A DNA stretch of 64,000 bases, taken from assembly GCF_004010195.1 (NCBI RefSeq), contig NC_057728.1, positions 50,040,892 to 50,104,891 of the forward strand, in the 5' to 3' direction. A model generated the notes under the pieces. The model ran no database searches and was not told the DNA's origin. It worked only from the letters and a program-made list of their open reading frames with translations. The translations under genes and the position numbers were made by a program. Shown piece by piece: positions 38,215-50,340 of the stretch; positions within the stretch are counted from its first letter, which is position 1; each line of letters starts with the position of its first letter. This stretch comes from Chiloscyllium plagiosum. Lineage: Eukaryota.

Positions 38215-38380
38215 AGGAGAAAGTGAGGTCTGCAGATGCTGGAGATCAGAGCTGAAAATGTGTTGCTGGAAAAGCGCAGCAGGGCATAAGCCTGAAGAAG
38301 GGCTTATGCCCGAAACGTCGATTCTCCTGTTCCCTGGATGCTGCCTGACTGCTGCGCTTTTCCAGCAACACATTTTCAGC
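38215..38380. mobile_element. PLE pLTR-derived palindromic mini-insert inside a SINE tail
   Basis: 14-bp direct repeat TGGGATACTCTTTG at 38201-38214 and 38381-38394. Confidence 0.85.
38292..38319 (+). ncRNA. Minimal type-I hammerhead ribozyme-like motif (PLE pLTR)
   Basis: CTGAAGA-A-GGGC-TTAT-GCCC-GAAA-CGTC: core CUGANGA, 4-bp helix II, GAAA, palindromic ACGU, GUC triplet. Helix I is weak. Confidence 0.6.
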
Positions 38381-38464
38381 TGGGATACTCTTTGGAAAGT
38401 CGGTGTGGAATCGATGGACCATATGGCCTGCTTCCACACTGTGGAAATGTTATCATTCACTATG

Positions 38465-38960
38465 AGGTCTGGCAGCATCTGTGAGAGGAAAGCAGAGTTA
38501 ACGTTGTGAGCATGTGACTCTTCATCAGAACTGTTAGTAGCTCAGGAAAGGTGATATTTATACTGAAGCTGAAGTAGGGGAAGGCAGCTGGGAGGAAAAG
38601 GGAAGAGGTCAGCAGATATGAAGTGGAGATGGAGCCCAGAGAGAGAGAGAGAGAGAGGGAGATATGAAAAGGATAGGCGAACATGATAATTCAGGATAGC
38701 AGGCCAGGACAGAAGAAAAGCTGAATATTTGATAATGAAGAGGTTAAAGTGAGAAAATGGGTTCGCTGTGCTGAACACAACTCATGTCACATCATAATGG
38801 GCTTGTGTTTACATGCAAATCATCCCTCAGCAAACATGCCTAAAGCAGCCCAAATCATGACAGAACTGAGTAAAACAACACGAAGGATGGAATCAGGCTC
38901 TCAAGTTATTGAACTCGATGTTGAGTCCCAGACACTGCAGGGTCCCCAGGTGGAACAATA
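38465..38960 (-). mobile_element. Degraded Penelope-like 3' fragment (second family)
   Basis: Terminal GGTCTGGCAGCATCTGTG...GAGTTAACG motif, a purine-rich tract, and a decayed LGTxQxxGLNIEFN-like segment near 38900-38950 on the minus strand. Confidence 0.55.
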
Positions 38961-39339
38961 CTATTCAATCCACTGCTGAAATACCATTAAGTTTGACCAT
39001 GAGTCGAGGCATAATGTCAGAATTAGATATTTAAGATGGCGATGAGGAGGGTAATGAATCTATGGCATTATTTACTGCAGGGGTTGTAAAGACTGGTTCA
39101 TTAAGTATGTTCAAGGCTGAGATAGCCAGATTTTTTTAAAGCAAGATAAAGTTTATGGGGAACGACAGGAAAGTAGAGTTGAGGATTTTCCGATCAGCCA
39201 CGATTTCACTGAATGTCGGAGCAGACTTGATGGGCTGAATGGCCTATTTCTGCTCCTATGTCTTATGGTGTTATAGCACTAATAACATTGCTGGGACACG
39301 GGAACAAATAAAAAGGTGAGTGGAGAAGGGGTGTTAATG

Positions 39340-40260
39340 GAACGGCAGAATCACCAGGAGCAGCTACTGTCTGAATAAGTGGATCGAGGTTACACTCTGA
39401 AATTTTTCAATTTTGCTTTGAACCTAGAAAGTGCCTGATTAAAAGATGAGTTGCTGGTTCTTGAGTTGGTGTTGAAATATATTTGTTTAAATATTGCAGG
39501 AGGTTAAAACTGAGTGGACAGTGGCTGTGCGAAATGGCAGACAAAGATGAGAAGCCATTGGATACTTGAGTCTATGCTTATGGCGTATAAGGAAGGCTTT
39601 GTTCTGCAAAGCAGTTGGCCAATCCATGCTTGGCTTTTCCCAAAGGAGATTAGATTGTAAAACATCAAACTCAAATATCGAAGGAAGTAAAATAAATTGT
39701 TTCTTCACCTCTAGGGAGTGTTTGGGACCTACAATGGTGAGAATAATAGAGGAGGTGAAAGATCTGAGATAGCAACTCCTATGTTTGTTTTGGAAGGTGT
39801 CAGGGGGAGAGGAAGAGGTGGACAGGACATCCTGAAGGAAAGATCCCAGTAGAATGTTGGGAGGCGGGGAGAAGGTGTCATATTGGAGCAGGTCTGAAGA
39901 ATGATCCATTAGTTATGGAGATAAGGACAAGGAGAGCTCTATTGTAGCTCGTAGAGGGAGAGGTGAGAGCAGGTATATGGCAAATGGGACAGACGTGGTG
40001 GAGACCCCCTTCCCTGCAGTGGGGATGATGTGCTGTCTAGATTGACAATGAAGGAAGATTAGGTAGACAGGCAGGGGGCTGAAAGAACACAGCACACCAG
40101 GCAGCATCAGGAGGTGGAGAAGTTGATGTTTCAGATGTAACCCTTCTTGGGGGAGACTGTGTGGCTCTGGGGGCCAGGGAGTTAGGCTGGGGTGGGGGAG
40201 GTGGGGGAAGTGGTGCCTGAGACTGATGGAGCCTGACACAGGGGTGCTGCCTGATATTGG
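39340..40260 (-). mobile_element. Degraded Penelope-like fragment(s)
   Basis: Decayed GPKHS...VKKQF and GIY-YIG-like segments in ORF 39487-39909; pLTR-like terminal with a degenerate hammerhead-like motif near 40120-40150. Confidence 0.5.
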
Positions 40261-40494
40261 CGGTCCATAGTGGGCCAAGCCATAGTATTAAAACACTAAC
40301 TCAATTCAATCTTCAGTTTAGTTATGGATGAGCTGTTTAATGGAGCTGTCATGTGTTATTTCACTTTCAAAAGCACAGAATCATTCTGTATCACTTTATC
40401 TGTAAAATTTCCTTAAAGGCCTTCTTTTTTGGGTTTTCCAATAAATGAAAAACGTGGATAATGTTGATGAGTTGTTTCACTTTGTTCAGGTAGC

Positions 40495-40752
40495 AGAATC
40501 ATATAATCCCTACCGTGTGGAATTAGGCCTATTGGCCCAATTCCACACCAACCCTCCAAAGAGTATCCACCCAGACCCATTCTCCTACCCCTAATGCTCT
40601 ACATTTCCCATGACTAATGCACGTAGCCTACACATCCCTGAAGCAGCTGGTGGAAACCCATACAGACTGGGGCAGAATGTGAAAACTCCACACAGACAGA
40701 ACCCTGGACCCTGGTGTTGTGAGGCAGCAGTGCTAACCACTGAGCCACTATG
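40495..40752 (-). mobile_element. HE1/V-type SINE (internally deleted)
   Basis: Same family. Confidence 0.8.
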
Positions 40753-40881
40753 CTAACTTTCTGAGTTTTACTAGCAATGTCTATTTTCATTCCAGATCTC
40801 CAGCATCCGCAGTTCTTTGTTTTATTTTAATTGTCACACTGGGGCTCTATTTGGAAGCATACGAGACAAGTCAGATCAGTC

Positions 40882-41099
40882 CAGGTAATTCTGCTATAAT
40901 GGGATGGTTGTGTTCTTGTGCAACCCCGTGTTATAGAAGAATCAGGCTTTAGAAACAACGCTTAAAGCGTTGGTGATGTAATCAGATTACAGCCAACACA
41001 CTTTTTAAATGTTCACGCTTTAGAAGCAATTTTCGCAATTTGTCAATCGTATTAGAGTGAATTCATGTTAATGAACATGCATTAAAGCAGAACGACCTG
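40882..41099. mobile_element. MITE / non-autonomous Tc1-mariner (Tigger/MER6-like) DNA transposon
   Basis: Left TIR CAGGTAATTCTGCTATAATG versus reverse complement of the right end CAGGTCGTTCTGCTTTAATG (17/20). Followed by TA on the right; the left flank is TC. Confidence 0.75.
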
Positions 41100-41660
41100 T
41101 ATGTCTTATTTGCCAGTTTTACTGGTATTTCCCTTCTGGACATATTAATCCCATCGCACTCTCTGCATGTATTGCCAGACCATACTAGTTCTCCCATTGC
41201 CCTCATTGCTTGGAGATTCATCCAGTTAAGCTAAATGCTATGGGAGGTGAAGGCCTGGTGGTATTATTGCAGGATGGTTAATCCAAGGACCCCAGATAAT
41301 GGGTATCCGGGTTCACATCCCGCCATGGCAGATGTGGAATTTGAATTCAATAAAAAGAGAAATCTGGAATTAAGAGTCTAATGATGAATCAGTTGTTAGA
41401 CAAACCCATCTGGTTCACTAATCCCCTTTAGGGAAGGAAACTGGGAAGGCCTATCCCTACTGGGCCTGGCTTACATGTGTCGCCAAACCCGTTAAGGATA
41501 CCCCTTCCCTTCCCAGTTTGGGAGTGTGGTTGCCTCTTAACTGCTCACTGGGCAATAAACAAGGGCTTGTGACACCGTCAACCCATGAATTAACAAAGAA
41601 GAAAAAAAGTTGTACGCCTCCTGCGAACCACATAGCAATCCCACTTGGGCTGGTACTCAC

Positions 41661-42036
41661 CTGGAGGAGGATGTCGGTTCAGTCGTCTGGCGTTGCACGC
41701 GCGTGTGTTTGAGAAGATGCTCCTTGAGAGCTGCTTGGACCTCAGCAGGGATATCGGGGGAGGTCTGGCTGATCTTCATGGCGGTCGCCAGTTGTGTGAC
41801 TGGATTCTTCCCATTCTCTTTAATCTCTTTAATCTCCTTGATCTCCTTTTTCTCTGGAGTCTCCACAGGTTCTGGAACTTCGCTCGATGTTTGCTGAGGG
41901 ACGTTATTTGCATTAGAGGTGAGATCTTTATTCCTCCAGTATGGCCAGCAAAGCTTCCAAAACACAAACAGAGACACTACCAACAAGGCAAGCCCACAGA
42001 AACAGACGACTACAGCAAGGAGACTGACTGAAATGT
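41661..42036 (-). CDS. SYT10: Synaptotagmin-10 coding exon 2 (transmembrane helix + linker)
   Basis: Encodes (D)ISVSLLAVVVCFCGLALLVVSLFVFWKLCWP...KISQTSPDIPAEVQAALKEHLLKHTRVQRQTTEPTSS(R), closely matching vertebrate SYT10. Acceptor CTAG|AC at 42036, donor AG|GTGAGT at 41661; 376 nt, phase 1 to phase 2. Confidence 0.95.
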
Positions 42037-42429
42037 CTAGGAGCGGGCAGAGAGGTGGAATCAAGCAAACAACATGGCAGACAAACAGGGAGGAGAGAAA
42101 ACAGGAAAAGATTGAGAAAGGAACTGGTCTCAGCATACCCACTTCCAAATATCTTTACAATATCTTCTCTCAATAATCAGCAAAATGTTCAGACCTAATC
42201 AGGATACAGAGAGGAGCAAGACCTCACCTGGAAATAGTGCAGCTTTGTTCTCCTTATTCAAGAAAGGATAGATCCACCATGGAAGGAGTGCAGTGGAGGT
42301 TCACCCAATTATTCCCTCAAAAGTCAGGACTACCTTAATTTTTTTATTTTGTCAACTTGTTTTTCTAATCAATGTGTTCAGAGATGTTATTACACACCTC
42401 TGGAGCAGGTGGGGCTTAAACTCAGGCCT

Positions 42430-42524
42430 TCCTGATGAAGGGCTTTTGCCCGACATGTTGATTTTCCTGCTCCTCGGATGCTGCCTGACCTGCTGTGCTT
42501 TTCCAGCCCCACCCTAATCTTGAC
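42430..42524 (+). mobile_element. PLE pLTR-derived mini-insert inside a short tRNA-SINE
   Basis: 15-bp direct repeat CTT(A/G)AACTCAGGCCT at 42415-42429 and 42525-42539. Confidence 0.75.
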
Positions 42525-45500
42525 CTTGAACTCAGGCCTCCTGGCCCAGGGGCAGGGACATTACCACTGCATCATAAGATGACTCTGCCTCTACATAGAG
42601 AGATTAAGGGCAGGTCTGTATTCTCTGGAGTCTCAAGGAATGAGAGGTGATCTAAAATTCTTCAAACGTTCTTGCAGACCATGAGAGGCTGGACATAGTT
42701 AGGAGACTCCTCCAAGCTGGATTTCACTGGTAATGTCAGTGCGCTGTTATTCCAGAGACCTGGGTTAATGTCCTGGGTAGACAGGAGTTCAAATCCTATG
42801 ATGACAGTGGCGAAATTCAAATTCAATATAACCTGGAATTAAAAGCTAATCTAATGTCAACCCACCTGGTTCACCAATGTCCTTTAGGGAAGGGAATATG
42901 AAATCCTCAGCTGACTTGGTCCACATGTGACTCCCAACCCACTTGGTCAACTCTCACATGCCATTTGAAATGACCCAGGAAGCCAATCAGAGATCAAGAG
43001 CAACAAGGGATGAGGCAATAAATGCAAGGCTTGTCAACAAAACCTACAACCCATCATCTTAATTGCCTTTATCTAAAGTCAATTTCTCAGAACTCACTGC
43101 AGTCAAATTGGGGTTGGCATGTGTCTGGAGTCATGCTCTTTACCCCAGTCCTGCAACCTTTGGTCTCAAAACTTATTTCATTGACTTTACAAGGCAATAC
43201 TTTTGCTGCGATTTGCCCTCAGTTGTTTCCTAAGACACAATGGAGCTGCTGCAGCAGTCTATGGAATTCTTACAGGGCATGTTGAGGTAATGGAAACATT
43301 GTTTCTTAAATAAAGTCATTCTTCTGTCATTTCATCTCACTACGAGGCTGCAAACTAAGAGCAAGATCATGTGATATCGTGTCCCTTCTGATGATGATGT
43401 CTACTTTGCTGTATTAGCATAGCACAAGTCAAACTTAAACCATTATTCTACATCTCCTCCCAAGTCTCTGATTCTAGCAATTACACCAAACTGCTAAGGA
43501 AATAATGGAGCCACAGAAGGGATTCTGGAATTGTCCCTTCCTGAGGATTCCGGTGTCTCTGAAGCAAAGTACTGAGCTCATTGTCTGCACTGGCAGAATG
43601 ACCGTCTTACAAGAAGTGAGAAAAAGGAAAATGCATTCTTGCATTTATACAGAACTTTTAATGACTTAGGAACAAATTGCATCTAGCCAGACAAGTACTT
43701 TTTTTTCAAAGTGGATGCAGTCACTGTTTCATGGGAAGTGTGCAGTGGCCAATTTATGCCCAGTAAGCTCTCACAAACATTAGCAGGGCAATGACTGGGC
43801 ACTTTTTTTTGGGAAATGCTTTCATTTGCATGGGCCTCTATGGTGGAATTCTTCCATGAAAACTCTCCATTTCTCTCTTCTTTGAGAGACCCCATTTGTT
43901 TTTCCATGAGATGGGAGTGTTGGTGGCTAGGCCAGCATTTGTTGCTCACCTCTCATTGCTCTGGATCTGAGTGGCTTGTTCAGTTACTTCAGTGGACAGT
44001 TAAGAGCCAGTCACGTGACTGTGGGTCAAAAGGGCACATAGGCCTGATCATGCAAGGCCAGCAGATTTCCCTTTCCTCAAGAACATTAGAGCACAGATGG
44101 GTTTTTACAAGACTCAACAATAGATTCATGGTCACTACACTGAGACTAGTTCTGAATATAAATTCTACCAGCTGCCATATGATGGGATTTGAACCCATAT
44201 CTCACCTCCACCTTCCAACCTGTTTCTTTTGACCAACTGCATTCGTGTGTGGTTGATTGAAGGATCAATCTATATCAGGAGACTGGGGAGATCTCCCTTA
44301 GACTTCTCTGAAGCACTGCCATTGGATCTTGTATGTCCCTCTGAGGAGGACACATGGGATTTGGGTTTAACATCCTGAAAGATACCAATCGACTAAAGGA
44401 ACTTGAACAGAACATAAAGTTGATATTTTTGACAATTTCTGAATATTTGTTGTATAATATTAGGGTTTTTACTGTTTCCTGATTGGTTTTAGCACCCATT
44501 CTACGCAACCTGACTTGTTGGCCATTTACACTGCAGAGAGGCAAGACCACACTGGAGCTTAAGGGGTTAAATTACAAATTGTACATTCCCTCGAATTTAG
44601 GAAGTTGACGACTGACCTCATCAAGGTGTTTGTTATGTTATTGGCAAAAAAGGCCAAGGTAGACAAGCAGGAGGCTGGAAGAACGCAGCAAGCCAGGCAG
44701 CAACAGGAGGTGAAAAAGTCAACAGTTAGAGTGTAAGTCTTCTTCAGGACCTGCCAATGTCAGGACATACTGTTCATCCCTAATTGCCCCTGAGAAGATG
44801 GTGGGGAGCTGTCCTCCTGAATAGTTGCAGTCCTTTGAGTTGCAGGAACACCCATTATGCTGCTAGAAAGGGATTTTGATCCAGTCACACTGAAGGAATG
44901 GCATATTATTTCCAATTCAAGAAGGTAAGTGGCTGAGATGGGAATTTGTAGGTTGTGGTGTTCCCATGTATCTGCTGCCTTTGTCCTTCTCAGTGGCTGA
45001 GGTTTTCGGTTTGGAACAGTATAGGCTTGAGGGACTGATAGAAACAGGAAGATGCCACTGAACTGAAAGAAAGAATGTAGCTCAGGCATTTTCACACCAG
45101 AGAGAAACTTTAGTGTTCCAGGGAGTTGTCACTGCATCTCCACTGACGTATGATCACCAGGGACTGTTTCCTTCATTGCTAGGCAGCCCCTGTATAGACT
45201 TTAGATGTGTCTACACTGGTAATAAAAGAAAGTTTACACAGTAAAAATTAAATTCCCAGCTTTAGTTCTGCCAGTATAATGCTTCAATCTTTTATGAGCA
45301 CTGACCCACCGTACAATCCCAGCCTAACTTGAACGTCTAACTTGACCCCTTACCCTGAGGGGATGCACTCTGGTACCCTGGTTTTCCAGCAGGAGAAACA
45401 CCCTGCTAAATCTACTTGTGTCAAGCCACCAAAGAACCTTATATAGAGTCATACAGCACAGAAACAGACCCTTTGGTCCAACCAGTCCACCCCGAACGTA

Positions 45501-47772
45501 ATCCCAAACTAAACTAGTCCCATCTGCCTGCTCCTCGCCCATATCCCTCCAAACCTTTCCTATTCACATATCCATCCAAATGTCTTTTAAACATTGTAAT
45601 TTTACCTGCATTCACCATTTTCTCAGGAAGTTCATTCCACACATGAATCGCCTCTGAAGAAGTGTCCTGACTGAAATGTTGACCCTCTTGCTCCTCGGAT
45701 GCTGCCTGACCTGCTGTCTTTAACAGTGCCACACTTAATCTACACTCTACCTGTTGTACAAGCCTGCCTGAATCATTTGAGTTATCACAATATTTTGTTA
45801 AATCCTCTTATGTTGTCTATTCTCAGCATTTATTGTCAGCCTTTAGTGGCCCTCAGCAAGTTTGTGAAACATTAAGTTAAACTTGCTCAGCCACTTCAAG
45901 AGTCAGACTGTCAGGATTAGGTCTGACTATTTGACCTGCTAATGAGCAGTATAAGGCAAAATAGCCATAGTCCTAGACAATCGTATTTCTTAATAGAGAC
46001 ATGACTGGTAGTGAGTTTAACCTGAGGGACATCATGATTCAGGCGAGGGGGTGAGGTTGAGAAGGCAAGACCTCACCATGAGTTCAGTTAGTACAGGAAT
46101 TGAACTCCTTGTTGTTGGCATCCAGCCAACTGAGCTACCCAACCCGAAGGAAACATCACAGAAAATGACGTGATCTTGGTCTCTCTCAGGCATCCTTGTG
46201 GCAAGGTGAAACTACAGTATTTTTTTTATTCTTAATGAGGTTAGTGCTTTTCTTAGATCACAGAAATGTAAAGAATCTTTGGCAGCGCATGACCTAGAAT
46301 GTTATCAGACTCTGCTCATCTTCTAGCACAGGTCTCACATTGGACACCTATGATTGGGATGTGTTGGTCCCTTTGCTGGAGGATTATCATATGGTTTGGT
46401 TTTGTTCGGGACAAAGCTGATGGAAACATTCAACAGAACAGACAGTATCTGGGAGAAAGAGAGAAATCAGCTCAATGTGTCACATTGATGACTGTCCAGC
46501 AGTATCTTGCTTTCGGTTTGTTTCTGTCTCGAAAGAAATTCGCCTGTTGTCTGTAGCCCATGGGAAAATATTTGTGAAAAAGCCATTAATTCAGCACCTC
46601 TAAATTATCCTAAAGGAAGAATGTTGTAGGGCTGTAGAGAAAAAGCCATGGAATGGGACGAGCTGTGTTGCTCTTACATAGGACTAGCACTGACATAGCA
46701 GGCAGAATGGCCTCTTTCAGTGCAGTACCTATAATAAAATGACAATAGATATCTTAAATGAGATGGTGGTTACATCATAATGTAAAAATCACATGCAAGA
46801 GCATTTGAAGAAGGGTTGGGATTGTTTGCACTAGAGAGAGATGTGATTAAGCCAGAGATGTGATTATAGACAACAGTAGGTTGTACAATACTGTAAATAA
46901 AACAGTTTGCAAAAACTGACCATGGTTAGTACATAAATATTGATAGAAGAGACGTTACAGCTGTTAGAGGAGACAATGGTAGCCTTTGTTCCAATGTGGA
47001 GTTTAGAACCTCAAGCCACTGGCCTCAGTGCAATACAAACCAGTAACAATTTCCTGATTCCAACTTAGAATCTTCTTGTCATTGTGAGAATGTTATGAAC
47101 TTATGCAAGACTTTCCCTCTGGGCCTGCAGGTTGAATCTGGGACTGAGGGGTGGTAACTTTGACCTCTGTATTGTTTATCAATTGTTTTTTGTATTGTAT
47201 TGTTTTTTTAATCTCCTTCATTGACCAAGGGAAATTGATATAACAAGCAATCAAAACGCTTCAATTAATCTTTGACGTCTGGCAGTTGACAGCTGAGTTT
47301 CTTGTATTCAGTAATTTTGCTGTCTGTGCTTTGACATGTTATTTTCCTTCAATATGGTTCCTTCATTTCCCATCTCACAGGGATAGTGTGATGTAGGCTT
47401 TGTAATTTATATATCTTGTTGATACAATTTTGTGTTAATTTTGAATTCTGAAGTTGTGCCAAATGGGCTTTTGTGTGTTTGCGAAGGAATGAACAGTTAC
47501 CTGGAGTACTTCTCTCGCCATGGTGGACTTTATTTTAAAAACAATTTCTGAGGGCTAATTTTCATAATAATATGTAAGAGAACTTCTCCATTTTAGTTTT
47601 GAGTAATTTTGCAGAGGTTTTCATAAGTAAAGTTGCTCCTGAGAAAGGAGGAGATTGAGTTGTTAACAATAGATTATCTTAGAATAAGAAGTTAGTGATA
47701 GTCCCAGACCAACAATGTTTGGATAACATGCTGAAGAATTAGTTAAGGTCATGTATACAACAGGGCCAAAAA

Positions 47773-48079
47773 GATTAGATTCCCTACAGTATGGAAACAG
47801 GCCATTGGGCCCAACAAATCCACACCAACCCTCCAAAGAGTAACCCATTCAGACACCCCCGGCTAATGCACCTAACACTATGGGCAATTTTAGCAGGGCC
47901 AATTCACCTGACCTGTACATCTTTAGTCTGTGGGAGGAAACCGGAGCAGCTGGAGGAAACTCACGCAGACACAGGAGAATGTGCAAACTCCACACAGACA
48001 ATCACCCAAGGCAGGGATTGAACCCGGGTCCCTAGCAGTATGAGGCAGCAGTGCGAACCACTGAGCCACCATCCCGCCC
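47773..48079 (-). mobile_element. HE1/V-type SINE
   Basis: Same family. Confidence 0.85.
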
Positions 48080-48624
48080 CTCAAAGATTTTCCAGACCAA
48101 GAGTTGAAGTCAAATTAAATCCATCCAGACATTAGAGAAAAGGATCTTCTGCAGTGAGTGCTGTGCAGGATTGTTTTGGGTTTTGTAAAGGAGCATTGCG
48201 GGGATTATATTCCAGTATGATTCAAAATCTCAATATTTATATTGTCTGCAAAAAGTCTAGTTTCTTTTATTTTATCATCTTCCCTTTTGCTTGCTAGTAC
48301 CCAGCATAGCTTCCATCAAGCCAATCAGCTCCTGACCTCATTAGTCTTGATTCAAAAGGGATAGAATCTCAGGACGCCAGGCAGGCCACTTAAAAATGGA
48401 GATGAGGAGAAATTTCTTCATTCAGAGGGTAGTAGTCGTGAGGCTCAGTCACTGAACATATTCAAGTCAGAAATTGAAAGATTTGTGGAGCTTAATGATA
48501 TAACAAAATAGCAAGATAGCTCTGGGATATGACATAAATGATCAGCCAAGGTCAATTCAACTGGGAGAGCAGATGTGACAAGCTGAATGGACTACTGCTG
48601 TTCCTACAAGGAGGTTGAATTTCC

Positions 48625-48908
48625 CACTGCAGTACTGGAAGAGTGCTGCACTCTCTGAAAAGTTTACCCTCTCAATTGGATATAGATGATATAATGGCAC
48701 TGTTTTTGAACAAGAGCAGGAGAGTGCTCCCATGGTCATGTTGATCACTAAACTATGATCGTTAACATTCCCTCATTGCTGCTTGTGGGAGATTGCTGTG
48801 CACACATTGTCCATTGAGTATCCTGCATCCACTTCAAAAGTACTGCATTGGCTGCAGTGCAATCCTGAGATCGCGAAAGGTGCTTTAGGAATGAAAGTCT
48901 TTATTCTT
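48625..48908 (+). mobile_element. Deu-domain (AmnSINE/SacSINE-like) SINE remnant
   Basis: GCAGTACTGG..GAGTGCTGCACT...GGCACTGTTTTTGAACAAGAGCAGG...TTGTGGGAGATTGCTGTGC...CACTTCAAAAGTACT...GAAAGGTGCT. Related decayed copies at ~7920-8100 (-), 12500-12670 (-), 21550-21770 (+), 36330-36660 (-) and 43630-43900 (-). Confidence 0.65.
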
Positions 48909-49494
48909 TGAACATGTTTCTTTATGAAATAAATTTATAATGAAACTCAATACTTTTTTTGCAAGAGAAATACAAGATGCAAATTAATAAACAATTCCTG
49001 CTTCTTGTGAACTGGTTTTATATCAAAACAGTTATGATGATAAATGTTCTGCTATTTTACAGAGCAAGAGGAATATGATCAATAACCACAACAATATTGT
49101 TAAAGCAGTGAGGTTAAATTATTAACTCGCTAAAATTGAACAACAGCACTTGGATGTAGCAAAAATATTGCATTAAGCACTATAACATTAAGCAGGGCTC
49201 ACTCAATCAGAAAACCTAACCGTTTGATTCCATACACCAGTGAAAAGCAGCAATATAGAGACAGAGAAAATAAAAGTTGGAGAAGGCCTTTTGGCCCATC
49301 AACCCCATTCCAACATTCAACATGATCATGACTGATCTTCTGTCTCAATGCCTTACTTCAGACAACTTTCAACTTGTAGAAGTCTACTTCTTTCTTAAAT
49401 ACGCTAATGACTTTACCTCCAACCTTATCAATGGTGTAAAGTGAGGCTCACATTCCAACCAGCTCTACATTCAGTCGAGCTCAGTAGAGATATT

Positions 49495-50340
49495 GGTAGG
49501 TTAGAAAAGTGCACAAAAATATAAATGGAGTATAATATAGGAAAATGCGAAGTTGTTCATTTTGGAAGGGAGAACAAAGGATCAGCATATTATTTAAATT
49601 GAGAAAAACTGCAGAAAGCTGCAACAGAACGGAACTTGGGGGTACTTGTACATGACACACAGACAGCTAGCACACAGGTGCATCAGGTAATCAGGAAGGC
49701 AAATGGAATATTGGCCCCTTATTTCAAGGGGATTGGAGTATATGAGTAGAGAAGTCTTACTGCAACTGTGCAAAGTGCTGGTGAGACCATAACTGGAGTA
49801 CAAGTGAGCAGTTTTGGTTCCCTTAAGAAAATATATAATTTCACTGGAGACAGTTCAGAGAAGGTACACTAGGATGATCCCTGGTATGATGAGATTGTCT
49901 TACAAACAAAGGTTAAACAGACTGGGACTCTACTCACTGCAGTTCCAAAGAATGAGAGATGACCTCACTGCAACATATCAGATTCTTAAGGGGCTTGACA
50001 GGGTAAGTGGTGAGAGGAAGTTTCCACTTATGGAAAGAGTCTGAGACCAGAAGGCACACTCTCTGAATACAGGAGCACAAATTTAAAACGGAGGCGAGGA
50101 CTACCTCCTTTTCTCAGAGGGTTGAGAATGTTTGGAACTCCATTCCACAGAGTTGGGTGCAGAGTCGTTTTATGTACTTAAGGCTAAGAGGGATAAATTC
50201 TTGATTAGTCAGAGAATCAAGGGTTATGGGGAAATGAAAGAAAGTTGTTATGAGGAATGTTGAATTAGCTATGATGTTATTGAATGGCAGAGGAGCTGAA
50301 TGGCCTACGTTTGTTCCCATTTATTATGGTCTCATGGTCT
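49495..50340 (+). mobile_element. CR1 LINE 3' fragment
   Basis: Reads LETVQRRYTRMIPGM..LSYKQRLNRLGLYSL...DL...YQILKGLD. Confidence 0.88.

Larger units (their letters stand above)
37770..38445 (+). mobile_element. HE1/V-type SINE followed by a second, PLE-interrupted SINE tail
   Basis: Full copy to ~38105 ending (AATCT)n, then a second tail segment. Confidence 0.8.

Noticed and set aside
42037..42148. N-terminal extension of ORF 41657-42148 (MEVGMLRPVPF...) as the true SYT10 start
   Set aside because: It is the polypyrimidine tract and intron upstream of the exon-2 acceptor; it does not resemble the SYT10 N-terminus.
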